This document shows positions 63,570-64,000 of a DNA stretch of 64,000 nt, in pieces (position 1 is the stretch's first letter; each line of letters opens with the position of its first letter). The stretch comes from Hemiscyllium ocellatum. Its lineage: Eukaryota. The notes below the pieces were generated by a model. It worked only from the letters and a program-made list of their open reading frames with translations, was not told the DNA's origin and searched no databases. Location: the NCBI RefSeq assembly GCF_020745735.1, contig NC_083412.1, positions 26,911,181 through 26,975,180 of the forward strand. The letters are read 5' to 3'. A program made the translations under genes and the position numbers.

Positions 63570-63670
63570 CTCTATTCCTGATGAAGGGCTTTTGCCCGAA
63601 ACGTTGATTTTCCTGCTCCTCGGATGCTGGCTGACCTGCTGTGCACTTCCAGCACCACTCTGATCTACAC
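63570..63670 (+). mobile_element. Penelope-derived fragment with hammerhead motif (63574-63609)
   Basis: attc-ctgatga-a-gggc-tttt-gccc-gaaa-cgtt-gatt. Confidence 0.7.
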
Positions 63671-64000
63671 TCTGCTGCCCTTTATATCTAGAGGACAGGA
63701 GTACAAGGATTCAGAGCTTATGTTGCAGTTGTACAAAACCCTAGTTCGACCCTGGAGCAGATCTGAGCATCATACCTTATATTTGCCTTGGAGGGAATAC
63801 AGTGCGAGTTTACAAGAATGATACATAGGCTCAGGGATTAAGTTATGAGTAAATATCATACAAATTAGGCCTGTTTTCTCCAGAACTGAGCAAGTTAAAG
63901 AGTGATCTGATTGGAGTTTTAAGAAATTAACAGGAAAGTACAACATAGATAAAGATAAATTATTTCCACTGGCTATAGACTCTCGAACTAGGGGGTTGGT

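Overview
Eukaryotic genomic DNA, AT-rich and repeat-dense. The repeat set (HE1-type tRNA-SINEs with (AATCT)n tails, HER1/CR1 LINEs, Penelope-like elements, a SacSINE1/DeuSINE-like copy) points to a cartilaginous fish, probably a carpet shark (inference). Two host genes lie on the minus strand in tandem. (1) The last coding exon and long 3'UTR of NHS (about 56400-60486). (2) A BEN-domain gene that I reconstructed by hand as 9 phase-compatible coding exons (41295 to 6763, 504 codons, 3' end not found), starting in a CpG island at about 40600-41650. Its N-terminus and BEN domain resemble mammalian BEND2, while exons 4-7 resemble the N-terminal half of mammalian SCML1, and it sits where SCML1 sits in mammals (directly downstream of NHS, same strand). 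Between the two genes are a 5'-truncated, multiply deleted class I (HERV-I-like) endogenous retrovirus with a nearly open env and its 3' LTR, a related solo LTR facing it tail-to-tail, and a Penelope-like element with a long inverted arm. Several Penelope-derived insertions carry minimal hammerhead ribozyme motifs in inverted pairs. All homology calls come from remembered sequences, not database searches. Repeat boundaries are approximate unless a TSD is quoted.
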